Source: a virus (Duplodnaviria; Caudoviricetes). From it: a stretch of DNA of 64,000 nucleotides. The notes under the pieces were generated by a model that was not told the origin of the DNA, made no database searches, and saw only the letters and a program-made list of their open reading frames with translations. Positions 42,391 through 51,515 of this stretch are shown in pieces (within the stretch, counting starts at the first letter, position 1; each line of letters opens with the position of its first letter). The position numbers and the translations under genes are program-made. Where the stretch lies: positions 3,886 through 67,885 of the IMG/VR virus record IMGVR_UViG_3300010346_002920. One strand, 5' to 3'.

Positions 42391-44653
42391 CCTGACCAAC
42401 CTGACCCAGGGCGAGCTGCTGACGATCATCAACGCCACGCCGCTGGGCACGGTTCTCACGCGTTCGCGTCTTCGGCGACAGATGGACGCCGCTGCGCTGA
42501 AGTTCGGGGACGGCATTCACGTCCACCTGGTGCGATACGCCCGCTGGCTGGCGGCCGAACTGGAGAAGCCCCGTGCGGCCAAGGCCGATTACTTCGAGGC
42601 CAAACGCCGCCAAGCCCAGCGGAACCGTACCGCCACCAAGGCCGCCCAGGACATCTTCCCCATCCCGGAGATCGCTGACTACGCCCGCCGCAAGGCGGCC
42701 GGCGAATCCTTCCGCCTCTTCTGCACGACGTATTTCCCGGGGGCGTTCTGGCGGCCGTGGTCGCAGGACCATCTGCGGGTGATTACCAAGATCGAGAAGG
42801 CCGTCCGCGAGGGCGGGCTGTTCGCCTTTGCCATGCCCCGTGGTTCGGGCAAGACCGCTTTGGCCCGCTGCGCGGCGCTGTGGGCCATCCTCTATGGTTA
42901 CCGGCCCTTCGTCTGCATGATCGCCGGCAGCCAGGACAACGCCCGCGAGCTTCTGAGGCCCATCCGCACATTCGTCCTGGAAGAGCCGCTCTTGCTGGAC
43001 GACTTCCCCGAGGCGATCTACCCGCTCCGCTGCCTGGAGAACTCATCCAAGCGCCAGCTCCAGCAGCACATCGCCGGCAAGCTCACGCACGTCCACTGGG
43101 GCCAGGACAAGATGGTCTTCCCGTCCATCGACGGCGAACACCTGCCCCGGGCGATGCGGGAGGACGGGATCGAGGTCTCCCCGTCGGCCGGGTCCATCAT
43201 CACGACGACCAGCCTGGATTCCAATCTGCGCGGCCAGCAGCACACACGGCCCGACCGGTCCATCATCAGGCCCTCGCTGGCCCTCCTGGACGATCCGCAG
43301 ACCCGGGAGTCGGCCATGTCGGCCGATCAGACCCGTAAACGCCTCAACCTGGTCCACGGCGACGTGATGGGGTTGGCCGGGCCCGGTGAGTCCATCTCGG
43401 CCCTGCTGACCTGCACGGTGATGTACGAGGGCGACCTGGCCGACACGCTGCTGGACAGGGAGAAGTCGCCCGAGTGGGACAGCGAGCGGACCAAGTTGGT
43501 CTACGCATGGCCCGCCGACCAGACGCTGTGGGACAAGTACGCCGAACTCAGGCGGACCAGGGGGAGAGAAGCGGCCACGGCGTTCTATGTTGCCCATCGC
43601 GACGCGATGGACCGGGGCTCCAGCGCGGCCTGGTCGGATCGGTTTGACGCCAAGGCGGGGGAAATCTCTGCGATCCAGCACGCAGTGAACCTGCGTCTCA
43701 AGACCGGCCCGGAAGGCTTCGCCACCGAATACCAGAACGAGCCGGCGATGGTCCAGGCGGCCGACAATGTTCTGACGGTCGACCAGGTGCTGGCCAAGGT
43801 CAGCGGCCACAAGCGTGGCGAAGTGCCTGCCGCCTGCACCAAGCTGACGATGTTCATCGATATCCACGACCCGCTGCTGTACTACCTCGTCTGCGCCTGG
43901 GCAGAAGACTTCAGCGGCCAGGTGGTGGAGTACGGCACGCTGCCCGGGCAGAACCGATCGTTCTTCACCAGGAACGACGCCTCGCACACGCTGGCCACGA
44001 TGTTCCCCGGCCGGGGTGTGGACGGGGCCATCCACGCCGGGCTGGAGAAACTCGTCACCGAGTACTTGGCCAAGGAATGGTCACGGGGCGGCGGCCTGAT
44101 GCGACTGGACCGCCTGCTGGTGGACAGCGGGTACAAGGCGCCGGTCGTCGCCGACGTCAAACGCCGCTGCGGGGGCTCGGTGATGATGCTCTCCAAGGGC
44201 GTGGGCATCCGCGCCACCCGCAGGCCGTTCGCGGCCTACACCAAGAAGCCGGGCGAGACCATCGGCGACCACTGGTACATGCCCAACGTCCGCCGCACCG
44301 CGCAGTTCCAGCACGTCCTGATCGACACCAACTTCTGGAAGAGTTTCGTCCACAACGGGCTGGCCGCGGCGCCCGCCGACCGGGGCTGCATCGGCATCTA
44401 TGGCACGGCCAAGACCGACCACGGCCTCTTCGCCGAGCACGTGGCCCGCTCGGAGCGGTGGGTGGAAGTGACCGGGCCCTTCGGGACGGTGCGGGAGTGG
44501 TCGCCCCTGCCCACCCGTCCGGACAACCACTGGCTGGACTGCCTGGTCGGCTGCGCGGCGGCGGCCAGCATGTGCGGGATCAGGACGACCGGGGACGCCC
44601 TGCCCGTCCGTGAACGGAAGCGATACACCCAAGAAGACCTCCGGAGGAAATGA
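42380..44653 (+). CDS. terminase large subunit (GpA-like)
   Basis: MPRGSGKT Walker A, LLDDPQ, MFIDIH, LVDSG, NHWLDC nuclease motifs. Confidence 0.9.
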   Translation: MAIDLTNLTQGELLTIINATPLGTVLTRSRLRRQMDAAALKFGDGIHVHLVRYARWLAAELEKPRAAKADYFEAKRRQAQRNRTATKAAQDIFPIPEIADYARRKAAGESFRLFCTTYFPGAFWRPWSQDHLRVITKIEKAVREGGLFAFAMPRGSGKTALARCAALWAILYGYRPFVCMIAGSQDNARELLRPIRTFVLEEPLLLDDFPEAIYPLRCLENSSKRQLQQHIAGKLTHVHWGQDKMVFPSIDGEHLPRAMREDGIEVSPSAGSIITTTSLDSNLRGQQHTRPDRSIIRPSLALLDDPQTRESAMSADQTRKRLNLVHGDVMGLAGPGESISALLTCTVMYEGDLADTLLDREKSPEWDSERTKLVYAWPADQTLWDKYAELRRTRGREAATAFYVAHRDAMDRGSSAAWSDRFDAKAGEISAIQHAVNLRLKTGPEGFATEYQNEPAMVQAADNVLTVDQVLAKVSGHKRGEVPAACTKLTMFIDIHDPLLYYLVCAWAEDFSGQVVEYGTLPGQNRSFFTRNDASHTLATMFPGRGVDGAIHAGLEKLVTEYLAKEWSRGGGLMRLDRLLVDSGYKAPVVADVKRRCGGSVMMLSKGVGIRATRRPFAAYTKKPGETIGDHWYMPNVRRTAQFQHVLIDTNFWKSFVHNGLAAAPADRGCIGIYGTAKTDHGLFAEHVARSERWVEVTGPFGTVREWSPLPTRPDNHWLDCLVGCAAAASMCGIRTTGDALPVRERKRYTQEDLRRK

Positions 44654-44847
44654 GCATGGCAGAATCTGGTGCTGAGCGCAAGAGTTGGTCTCCCGATGAG
44701 GACCGGCGCGGGTTGGAGTGCCGCAATTGTGGATGTAAACACTTCCGCGTCATTTACACCCGTGCTACGTGGGGCGGACGCATCCTTCGTCGCCGGGAAT
44801 GCCGGCACTGCGGTAAGCGAATGACGACCTGGGAAAGAGCAGGCTAG
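44650..44847 (+). CDS. zinc-ribbon protein (NrdR/Ogr-like)
   Basis: CRNCG...RRRECRHCG. Confidence 0.7.
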   Translation: MSMAESGAERKSWSPDEDRRGLECRNCGCKHFRVIYTRATWGGRILRRRECRHCGKRMTTWERAG

Positions 44848-45399
44848 CTATGACTGGAAAAGGTTGTCCGAGGAGAACAGCCCCAGTAGCCGCAACTGGT
44901 CAGCAGTCAGTTGTAAGGAGGTAGTGGTCGCACAGGGGTAGACTCTGGCCCTTTCCCAATATTCTCTCCTTACGCTGCTAGCCAGGCCAATAAGGCATCC
45001 GTTCCTGCGTAATGTATCGGTCAAGCTCGGCCCGTTGAACAGAAACACTGATTCGATCGCCCACTGCCCTGCCCATTTGACCATTGTCTTCTTGGCGGCT
45101 GGCGGGCCCACAAGAACCAGATACCAGTCTGGCGGGGTCTCGGTCAGATCAAGGCTGGTTTGTTGCTGAGAGTACCACTTGACGTTTACGCTTTGGCCAG
45201 CAAGTGGCCCTGAGCGAAATCGGCCATCATAGGATTTGTTGTTCGCCGATTCCTGCAGTTGAATATCGAACGCTACGCCGGCGATGTACTCCCCCACATT
45301 CCCGATGTTTGCAGGGCGCCCTATTAGTCTGGCAATGCTACGGATCACGGCATTGTGTTCCGCAATCAGACGCGCAAGGTCATCCATTTTCGAATCCAT
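44848..45399 (-). CDS. moron-like hypothetical protein, possible PD-(D/E)XK nuclease
   Basis: Visibly lower GC and opposite strand; GNVGEYIA...YDG...VNVKWY. Confidence 0.6.
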   Translation of the reverse strand: MDSKMDDLARLIAEHNAVIRSIARLIGRPANIGNVGEYIAGVAFDIQLQESANNKSYDGRFRSGPLAGQSVNVKWYSQQQTSLDLTETPPDWYLVLVGPPAAKKTMVKWAGQWAIESVFLFNGPSLTDTLRRNGCLIGLASSVRREYWERARVYPCATTTSLQLTADQLRLLGLFSSDNLFQS

Positions 45400-45591
45400 G
45401 ACGTGGTTCCTGTCTATCGTAACCCGTAACCTATTTCATGCCCACAGTTGCACAGCGTCTACTGGTGTAACGATTTCCACCAGTCGATGTTTTACGCTTT
45501 GTATCTGCACACCGCTCCAGTAGATTTGGATTAGACAACCTGACCGTGCGACGCACCGGCTGATCCCCGGGGCGCTGCCGAAAAGATACGA

Positions 45592-45631
45592 GGCCGTTCG
45601 GGGCCGAACACCCGGACGGCCTTTTCTTTTT
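45592..45631 (+). terminator. intrinsic terminator upstream of the tRNA
   Basis: GGCCGTTCGGG/CCCGGACGGCC stem followed by TTTTCTTTTT. Confidence 0.7.
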
Positions 45632-45654
45632 GCTCACGCGGCCGGTTGTCAGAC

Positions 45655-45726
45655 AGCGGGATAGAGCAGCGGCAGCTCACGTGGCTCATACCCACGAGGT
45701 CGCCGGTTCGAATCCGGCTCCCGCAA
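45655..45726 (+). tRNA. tRNA with CAT anticodon (Met/fMet-like), CCA not encoded
   Basis: AGCGGGA/TCCCGCA acceptor; GAGC/GCTC D stem; CGTGG-CTCATAC-CCACG; GCCGG-TTCGAAT-CCGGC. Confidence 0.88.
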
Positions 45727-45739
45727 ATGAAGGTGAACC

Positions 45740-45937
45740 ATGGCGGACGATCTGACAGACACGATCAAGCAGAGCGCTCAGGGGCCTGAGTCGGCCAGCG
45801 CGGATGGTGTCCAGATGAAGCAGCACCCCCTGCGCGACCAGATCGAGGCCGACAAGTACCTGGCCAGCAAGGCGGCCACGGCCAATCCGGCCAAGGCGTT
45901 CACCCGCGTCAAGATCGTACCCCCAGGGACGGTGTAA
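45740..45937 (+). CDS. small head-associated protein (gpW-position)
   Basis: Located immediately upstream of the portal gene. Confidence 0.6.
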   Translation: MADDLTDTIKQSAQGPESASADGVQMKQHPLRDQIEADKYLASKAATANPAKAFTRVKIVPPGTV

Positions 45938-45940
45938 AGC

Positions 45941-47398
45941 ATGGGCTGGTGGCCATTCTCAAAGCGGAGCAAGCAGACGGGCTCTTCTGCCAAAGAGGCC
46001 CGGACGGTCGTGATCCGCGCGAAGTTCGATTCCGCCCAGACCACCCCCGACAATCGCCGCCACTGGGCTAACGCCGACGGGCTGTCGGCCGACGCCGCCG
46101 CCAGCCCGGACGTCCGCCGCACGCTCCGCAACCGCGCCCGCTACGAGGTCGCCAACAACTCCTACGCCCGGGGGATCGTCCTGACGCTGGCCAACGACGT
46201 GATCGGCACGGGGCCCCGGCTCCAGGTGCTGCTGGACGATGGCGAAGACGAGGGCGCCAACGGGACCATCGAGAAGGAGTTCGCCGCGTGGGCGAAGGCG
46301 GTGGACCTCCCCGGTAAGCTCCGCACCATGCGGATGGCCCGGGCCCAGGACGGCGAGGCCTTTGCCATCCTGTTCTCCAACGACAATCTGGCCTCCCCCG
46401 TCAAGCTGGACCTGCGGCTGATCGAGGCCGATCAGGTCGCGACCCCGGCTGTGAAACTCAACGATCTGGCCGTCGACGGGATCGAGTACGACCCGTTCGG
46501 CAACCCGGCGGCTTATCACGTCCTGAAGGCCCACCCCGGCAGCGGCAGCGGCGCGGGCGCCTTCGATTACAACCGCGTGCCGGCCGCCAGCGTCATCCAC
46601 TGGTTCCGCGCCGACCGGCCCGGCCAGCGCCGGGGCCTGCCCGACATCATGCCCGCGCTGCCGTTGTTCGCCCAGCTTCGCCGCTACACCCTCGCGGTGA
46701 TCGGAGCGGCGGAGTCCGCCGCCAACATCGCCGTGCTGATGAAGACGAATGCCCCGGCCGGCGGCGAGGCCGCCGAAGTCGAGCCCATGTCGGAAATGGA
46801 GTTCTCGCCCAACATGGCGGTCTTTACCCCCGAGGGCTGGGAGCCCTCGCAGATCAAGGCCGAGCAGCCGGCGACGACCTACGAGATGTTCAAGCGGGAG
46901 ATTCTCAACGAGGTGGCTCGTTGCCTCAGCATGCCCAGGAATGTGGCGCTGTGTGATTCCAGCGGCTACAACTACGCCTCGGGGCGCCTGGACCACCAGA
47001 CCTACTACAAGTCCATCCGTGTCGAGCAGGCCCACTGCGAGGCGGTCGTCCTGGATCGCATCCTGAACGCCTGGCTGGCCGAAGCCGTCAAGGTGTTCGG
47101 CCTGGGCGAACTGGAAGACGCAACCCACCAGTGGTTCTGGGACGGTCACGAACACGTCGACCCGGCCAAGGAGGCCTCGGCTCAGGCCCAGCGTCTGGCC
47201 AGCAACACCACCACGCTCGCCCAGGAATACGCCCGCCAGGGCAAAGACTGGGAGACCGAGCTTCGCCAGCGGGCCAAAGAAGTGGCCCTTATGAAGGAAC
47301 TGGGGCTGACCGTTGCGCAAACCCCGCCGCCCTCAAACCCCGACCAGGTCAAGGAAGACGACAATGACGACGAAGACCAGCGAACCCAAGCCGCCTGA
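45941..47398 (+). CDS. lambda-family portal protein
   Basis: LRNRARYEVANNSYARG, RPGQRRGLP, NYASGRLD, VDPAKE. Confidence 0.93.
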   Translation: MGWWPFSKRSKQTGSSAKEARTVVIRAKFDSAQTTPDNRRHWANADGLSADAAASPDVRRTLRNRARYEVANNSYARGIVLTLANDVIGTGPRLQVLLDDGEDEGANGTIEKEFAAWAKAVDLPGKLRTMRMARAQDGEAFAILFSNDNLASPVKLDLRLIEADQVATPAVKLNDLAVDGIEYDPFGNPAAYHVLKAHPGSGSGAGAFDYNRVPAASVIHWFRADRPGQRRGLPDIMPALPLFAQLRRYTLAVIGAAESAANIAVLMKTNAPAGGEAAEVEPMSEMEFSPNMAVFTPEGWEPSQIKAEQPATTYEMFKREILNEVARCLSMPRNVALCDSSGYNYASGRLDHQTYYKSIRVEQAHCEAVVLDRILNAWLAEAVKVFGLGELEDATHQWFWDGHEHVDPAKEASAQAQRLASNTTTLAQEYARQGKDWETELRQRAKEVALMKELGLTVAQTPPPSNPDQVKEDDNDDEDQRTQAA

Positions 47399-49415
47399 CA
47401 ACCTCTGCCTGACGGCGCAGATGGAGATCACCGCTGCGGCCGACGCCGGCGACGGCAAGCAGGCCCTCCCCCGGTTCACGATGGTCGCCTACACCGGCGG
47501 CCCGATGCGCGTGGCTGGATGGCGCTACCCGGTGGTGATGGACCTGGCCGGATTGAGCGTCCCCTCGCAGTCCCGCCCCATCCGCTTCGGCCACGACGCC
47601 AACAGCGGGGTCGGGCATTCCGATTCGATCCGCGTCCAAAATGGGCAACTCATCGCCGCCGGCGTGGTCTCGCGCGACACGGGGGCGGCCCGGGAGATCG
47701 TCGTCTCGGCCCGCAACGGCTTCCCCTGGCAGGCGAGCATCGGGGCCAGCGTCGAGCAGTTCGAGTTCGTCAAGGAGAACCAGACCGTTCTGGTGAACGG
47801 TCGTGAATTCATCGGGCCCCTGAACGTCGTCCGCCAATCGACGCTGGGGGAGATCAGCTTCGTCGATCTTGGGGCCGACTCCAACACGTCGGCCAGCGTG
47901 GCCGCCAAGGCCAAGGAGAAGACAATCATGGACGAGACCAACACCGACAAGACCAACACCACCGCGGCCGATCCGGGCAAGGAGGCCCCCAAGGTCGAGG
48001 CGAAGGCGCCGGCGGGCACGGACGCCCCCGCGCCTCCGGTTCAGGCCGCGGCCACCGCGGCGACGATGCCCGACGCGGGCATCACCGTCGATCCCGTGGC
48101 CGACATGCGGGTCCACGCCGCCGCCGAGCAGCGGCGGATCGCGGCCGTGCGGAAGGTCTGCGGCGACAAGCACGCCGAGATCGCCGCCAAGGCCATCGAC
48201 GAGGGCTGGGACGTGACGCGGACCGAGCTGGAGGTCCTGCGGGCCGAGCGGCCCAAGGCCCCGGAGGTTCACATGCCCGACCGCACGCTGACGGGGGCCG
48301 TCCTGGAGGCCGCCTGCATGCTGACCGGCGGGATGAAGGGCGACGACGTGGTCGCCCGGTACGGCGAGAAGCCGGCCGACCTGGCCGACAAGCGGTATCG
48401 CGGCGGCATCGGGCTCCAGGAGTTGCTCCTGGAGGCGGCCTGGGCCAACGGCTACGACGGCCGCAACTTCCGCGACACCCGCTCCGTCCTGCGGTTCGCC
48501 TTTGGGCACGGCATCCAGGCCGCCTTCTCGACGATCAACATCGGCGGCATCCTGTCCAATGTCTCCAACAAGTTCCTGCTGGAGGGGTTCTTCAGCGTCG
48601 AGCGCACGTGGCGGGCCATCTGTGCGGTGAGGAATGTCAATGACTTCAAGACGGTGACTTCCTACCGGCTGATCGGGAAGGACCAGTACGAGCTGGTCGC
48701 CCCGGGCGGGGAGCTCAAGCACGGGACCCTGGGCGAGGAGTCCTACAGCAACAAGGCCGACACCTACGGCCTGATGATCTCCATCGACCGCCGGGACATC
48801 ATCAACGACGACCTGGGCGCCATCACCACCGTGCCCCGCAAGCTCGGGCGTGGGTCGGGCCTGAAGATCAACGACATCTTCTGGTCCACCTTCCTGAACA
48901 ACGCGGCGTTCTTCGCCGCCGGCAACAACAATCTGCTGACCGGCGCGGACACGGCGCTGACCATCGACGGGCTGACCAAGGCCGAGAAGGCCTTCGCCGA
49001 CCAGGTGGACAGCGATGGCAAGCCCATCGGTATCCAGCCGGCCATCCTGCTGGTGCCCACCGCGCTGTCGGCGATGGCGACCATGCTCTATAAGAGCCTG
49101 GAGATCCGCGACACCACCGCCTCCACCAAGTACCCGGTGGCCAACCCGCACCAGAGCAAGTTCCGGGCCGAGGTCAGCCGGTATCTGTCCAACAGCACCT
49201 ACACCGGCAACAGCGAGAAGGCGTGGTATCTGCTGGCCGACCCGGCCGACCTGCCGGTGATTGAGGTGGCCTTCCTCAACGGCCAGGAGGCCCCGACCAT
49301 CGAGACCGCCGACGCGGATTTCGGAACGCTCGGGGTACAGCTCCGTGGGTATCACGACGTGGGCGTCGCTCTCCAGGATCCCAAGGGCGGCGTCCGCTCG
49401 AAGGGTGAAGCGTAA
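47364..49415 (+). CDS. fused prohead protease-scaffold-major capsid protein (Mu gpT-like capsid)
   Basis: Protease part VAYTGG...FGHD...FPWQASIG, EISFVDLGAD; Ala-rich scaffold; capsid part NVNDFK...DTYG...FLNGQEAP. Confidence 0.85.
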   Translation: MTTKTSEPKPPDNLCLTAQMEITAAADAGDGKQALPRFTMVAYTGGPMRVAGWRYPVVMDLAGLSVPSQSRPIRFGHDANSGVGHSDSIRVQNGQLIAAGVVSRDTGAAREIVVSARNGFPWQASIGASVEQFEFVKENQTVLVNGREFIGPLNVVRQSTLGEISFVDLGADSNTSASVAAKAKEKTIMDETNTDKTNTTAADPGKEAPKVEAKAPAGTDAPAPPVQAAATAATMPDAGITVDPVADMRVHAAAEQRRIAAVRKVCGDKHAEIAAKAIDEGWDVTRTELEVLRAERPKAPEVHMPDRTLTGAVLEAACMLTGGMKGDDVVARYGEKPADLADKRYRGGIGLQELLLEAAWANGYDGRNFRDTRSVLRFAFGHGIQAAFSTINIGGILSNVSNKFLLEGFFSVERTWRAICAVRNVNDFKTVTSYRLIGKDQYELVAPGGELKHGTLGEESYSNKADTYGLMISIDRRDIINDDLGAITTVPRKLGRGSGLKINDIFWSTFLNNAAFFAAGNNNLLTGADTALTIDGLTKAEKAFADQVDSDGKPIGIQPAILLVPTALSAMATMLYKSLEIRDTTASTKYPVANPHQSKFRAEVSRYLSNSTYTGNSEKAWYLLADPADLPVIEVAFLNGQEAPTIETADADFGTLGVQLRGYHDVGVALQDPKGGVRSKGEA

Positions 49416-49493
49416 CCATCTTCCCGCCTGACGGCCCGGCGGGCGCAAGAAGAACCCGCCGGGCCGCGGGCCACCAAGACAGGAGAATCAACC

Positions 49494-50207
49494 ATGGCAC
49501 AGAGTTTTCAGGCAACTTTCATCCAGGACGGCGACGTGATCGACCACACGCCGTCTTCGGCCGTGGCCGCGGGGGCCGTCGTGGTCCAGGGCTCGATGAT
49601 CGGCGTGGCCAAGACCCCCATCGCGGCCAACGCGCTGGGCAGTCTCGCGGTCAGCGGCGTGTTCGACGTGGTCAAGGCCAACGAGCAGCAGGCTCTGGGC
49701 GCTGCCCTGTACTGGGATGCCGACGGCAACCCGTACAACGGCACGGCCGGCACCGGCTGCGCGACCACCACCGCCGGCGGCAACACGTTCATCGGCTTTG
49801 CCCAGGCGGCAGCCGGCGCGACCGATGAGACCGTCCGGGTCCTGTGGAACGGCCCGGTCGCCGTCACCAACACCGTCCACAACGCCCTGACGGCCAGCAT
49901 CACCGACCCGGGTGCTGCCGGGGCGATCCCGGTCACCGACAGCGGCCACTGCGACCTGGTGACCGCCGCGGCCGAGACGCGGACGTTGGCCGCGCCGACC
50001 TACGTGGGGCAGGAACTCCTGCTGAGCCTGAAGACCGACGGCGGCGATTGCGTGATTACGTGCGCCACCACGGTCAACCAGACCGGCAACAACACCATCA
50101 CCCTGGGTGACGCTGGCGACGCGGTGCTCCTGGTCGGCAAGGCCAACGGCACCAACAAGCGGTGGTCGGTCGTCTCCAACGACGGCGCCGCTCTGTCCAC
50201 CGTCTGA
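49494..50207 (+). CDS. DUF2190 family capsid cement protein with C-terminal extension
   Basis: IQDGDVIDHTP...GVAKTPIAANALGSL...GVF. Confidence 0.8.
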   Translation: MAQSFQATFIQDGDVIDHTPSSAVAAGAVVVQGSMIGVAKTPIAANALGSLAVSGVFDVVKANEQQALGAALYWDADGNPYNGTAGTGCATTTAGGNTFIGFAQAAAGATDETVRVLWNGPVAVTNTVHNALTASITDPGAAGAIPVTDSGHCDLVTAAAETRTLAAPTYVGQELLLSLKTDGGDCVITCATTVNQTGNNTITLGDAGDAVLLVGKANGTNKRWSVVSNDGAALSTV

Positions 50208-50224
50208 TCCGGAGGTCCTGACCG

Positions 50225-50602
50225 ATGGCCGACCTGCTCAAGATCGCCTGTGACTGGCTGGGAGGCATGCGGCTGAAACATGCCTCCCAGTTAGTCACCT
50301 ACAGCCGGGGTAACTCCTCGGTGGATGTCCAGGCGACGCTGGGCAAGACGGATTACGAGGTCGCCGACGAGTCGGGCCTGACGGTCCAGGCGGTGGCGAC
50401 CGACTTCCTGATCGCGGCCGACCAGCTCGTGCTGGACGGGATCAGGACGCTGCCCCGACCGGGCGACCGGATTCGCCTGGCCGACGGGGAGCAGGTGAAG
50501 GTGTACGAGGTGCTGGACCTGGCCGGCGGCGGGCACTACCGCCCGAGCGACCCGTACGGCGTGACGCTGCGGATTCACACCAAATTGGTGGATGAGGAGT
50601 AG
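50225..50602 (+). CDS. head-tail joining/closure protein
   Basis: Position and TDFLI...PRPGDRI...LRIHTK. Confidence 0.65.
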   Translation: MADLLKIACDWLGGMRLKHASQLVTYSRGNSSVDVQATLGKTDYEVADESGLTVQAVATDFLIAADQLVLDGIRTLPRPGDRIRLADGEQVKVYEVLDLAGGGHYRPSDPYGVTLRIHTKLVDEE

Positions 50603-50604
50603 GC

Positions 50605-50817
50605 ATGAACGCTACCGCTGAAATCACGATGCCGCTGGAGCAGTGGACCGAGACGGTCATCGACCGGGCACTGGCCAAGCACGCCGAGACTTGCCCGGTG
50701 GCCGACCGGGTGCGGGTCCTGGAGATCCGCGTGGCCGCCCTGATCGGCTACATGGTCGGCAGCGGCGTGGTCGGCGGGGCGGCCGGGGCCGTGATAGCCA
50801 AGCTCATGGGAGCCTGA
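50605..50817 (+). CDS. small protein with C-terminal TM helix
   Basis: ALIGYMVGSGVVGGAAGAVIAKL. Confidence 0.55.
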   Translation: MNATAEITMPLEQWTETVIDRALAKHAETCPVADRVRVLEIRVAALIGYMVGSGVVGGAAGAVIAKLMGA

Positions 50818-50818
50818 G

Positions 50819-51256
50819 ATGGCATTGATCGTGGACATCGCGGATGCGGTCGTGGCCGAGATCAACGACCACAGCTTCAGCCAGCCGGTCACCGCCCAGC
50901 GGCTCTTCCGGCCGGTCTTCGACCTGGCCGACATGAAGACGCTGCACGTGTCGGTGGTGCCCAAGGGCGTGGAGATGCAGGGCGCCAGCCGCACGCTGGT
51001 CCAGCACGACTACCAGATTGACGTGGGCGTGCAGAAGAAACTGCCCACGAATCCCTCCGGCGACAACGCGGAGATCGACGCCCTCATGGCCCTGGTGGAG
51101 GAGATTGCCGACTTCTTCCGCCAGCGTCGGCTCCAGGCGCTGCCCAACGTGGTGTGGGTGCAGACGCAGAACCTGCCCATCTACTCGCTTGAGCACCTGG
51201 AGCAGTTGCGGCAGTTCACCAGCGTCCTGACGCTGACTTTCCGAGTGCTGAGGTGA
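50819..51256 (+). CDS. putative tail terminator protein
   Basis: Position and size; YQIDVGVQKK...FTSVLTLTFRV. Confidence 0.6.
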   Translation: MALIVDIADAVVAEINDHSFSQPVTAQRLFRPVFDLADMKTLHVSVVPKGVEMQGASRTLVQHDYQIDVGVQKKLPTNPSGDNAEIDALMALVEEIADFFRQRRLQALPNVVWVQTQNLPIYSLEHLEQLRQFTSVLTLTFRVLR

Positions 51257-51260
51257 CTTT

Positions 51261-51515
51261 ATGCACAACCCCTTCATGCGAAAGATCGTCCTGACCGCCA
51301 ACTACCAGCCCCTGGCAGCGGCCAAGCTGGTCTTGTCGGTCGAGATCTCCTGCCTGCCCACCAACGCGGGCAACGCCCTGTTCAAGTGCGGCAGCGACGT
51401 GGACGTTCCTTGGATCGCGGGTGAGTGGCATTTCATGGCCGGAATCGACCTGTCGGAGATCCAGGTCAAGGGCACCCCCGGCGACGTGATTACCGTAATC
51501 GGAGGGTCCTGGTAA
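51261..51515 (+). CDS. hypothetical virion protein
   Basis: TAATG coupling to the fibre gene. Confidence 0.55.
   Translation: MHNPFMRKIVLTANYQPLAAAKLVLSVEISCLPTNAGNALFKCGSDVDVPWIAGEWHFMAGIDLSEIQVKGTPGDVITVIGGSW

Noticed and set aside
49427-49470. GGCCCGGCGGG/CCCGCCGGGCC hairpin after the capsid gene
   Set aside because: No U-tract; probably an mRNA stability element and unremarkable.
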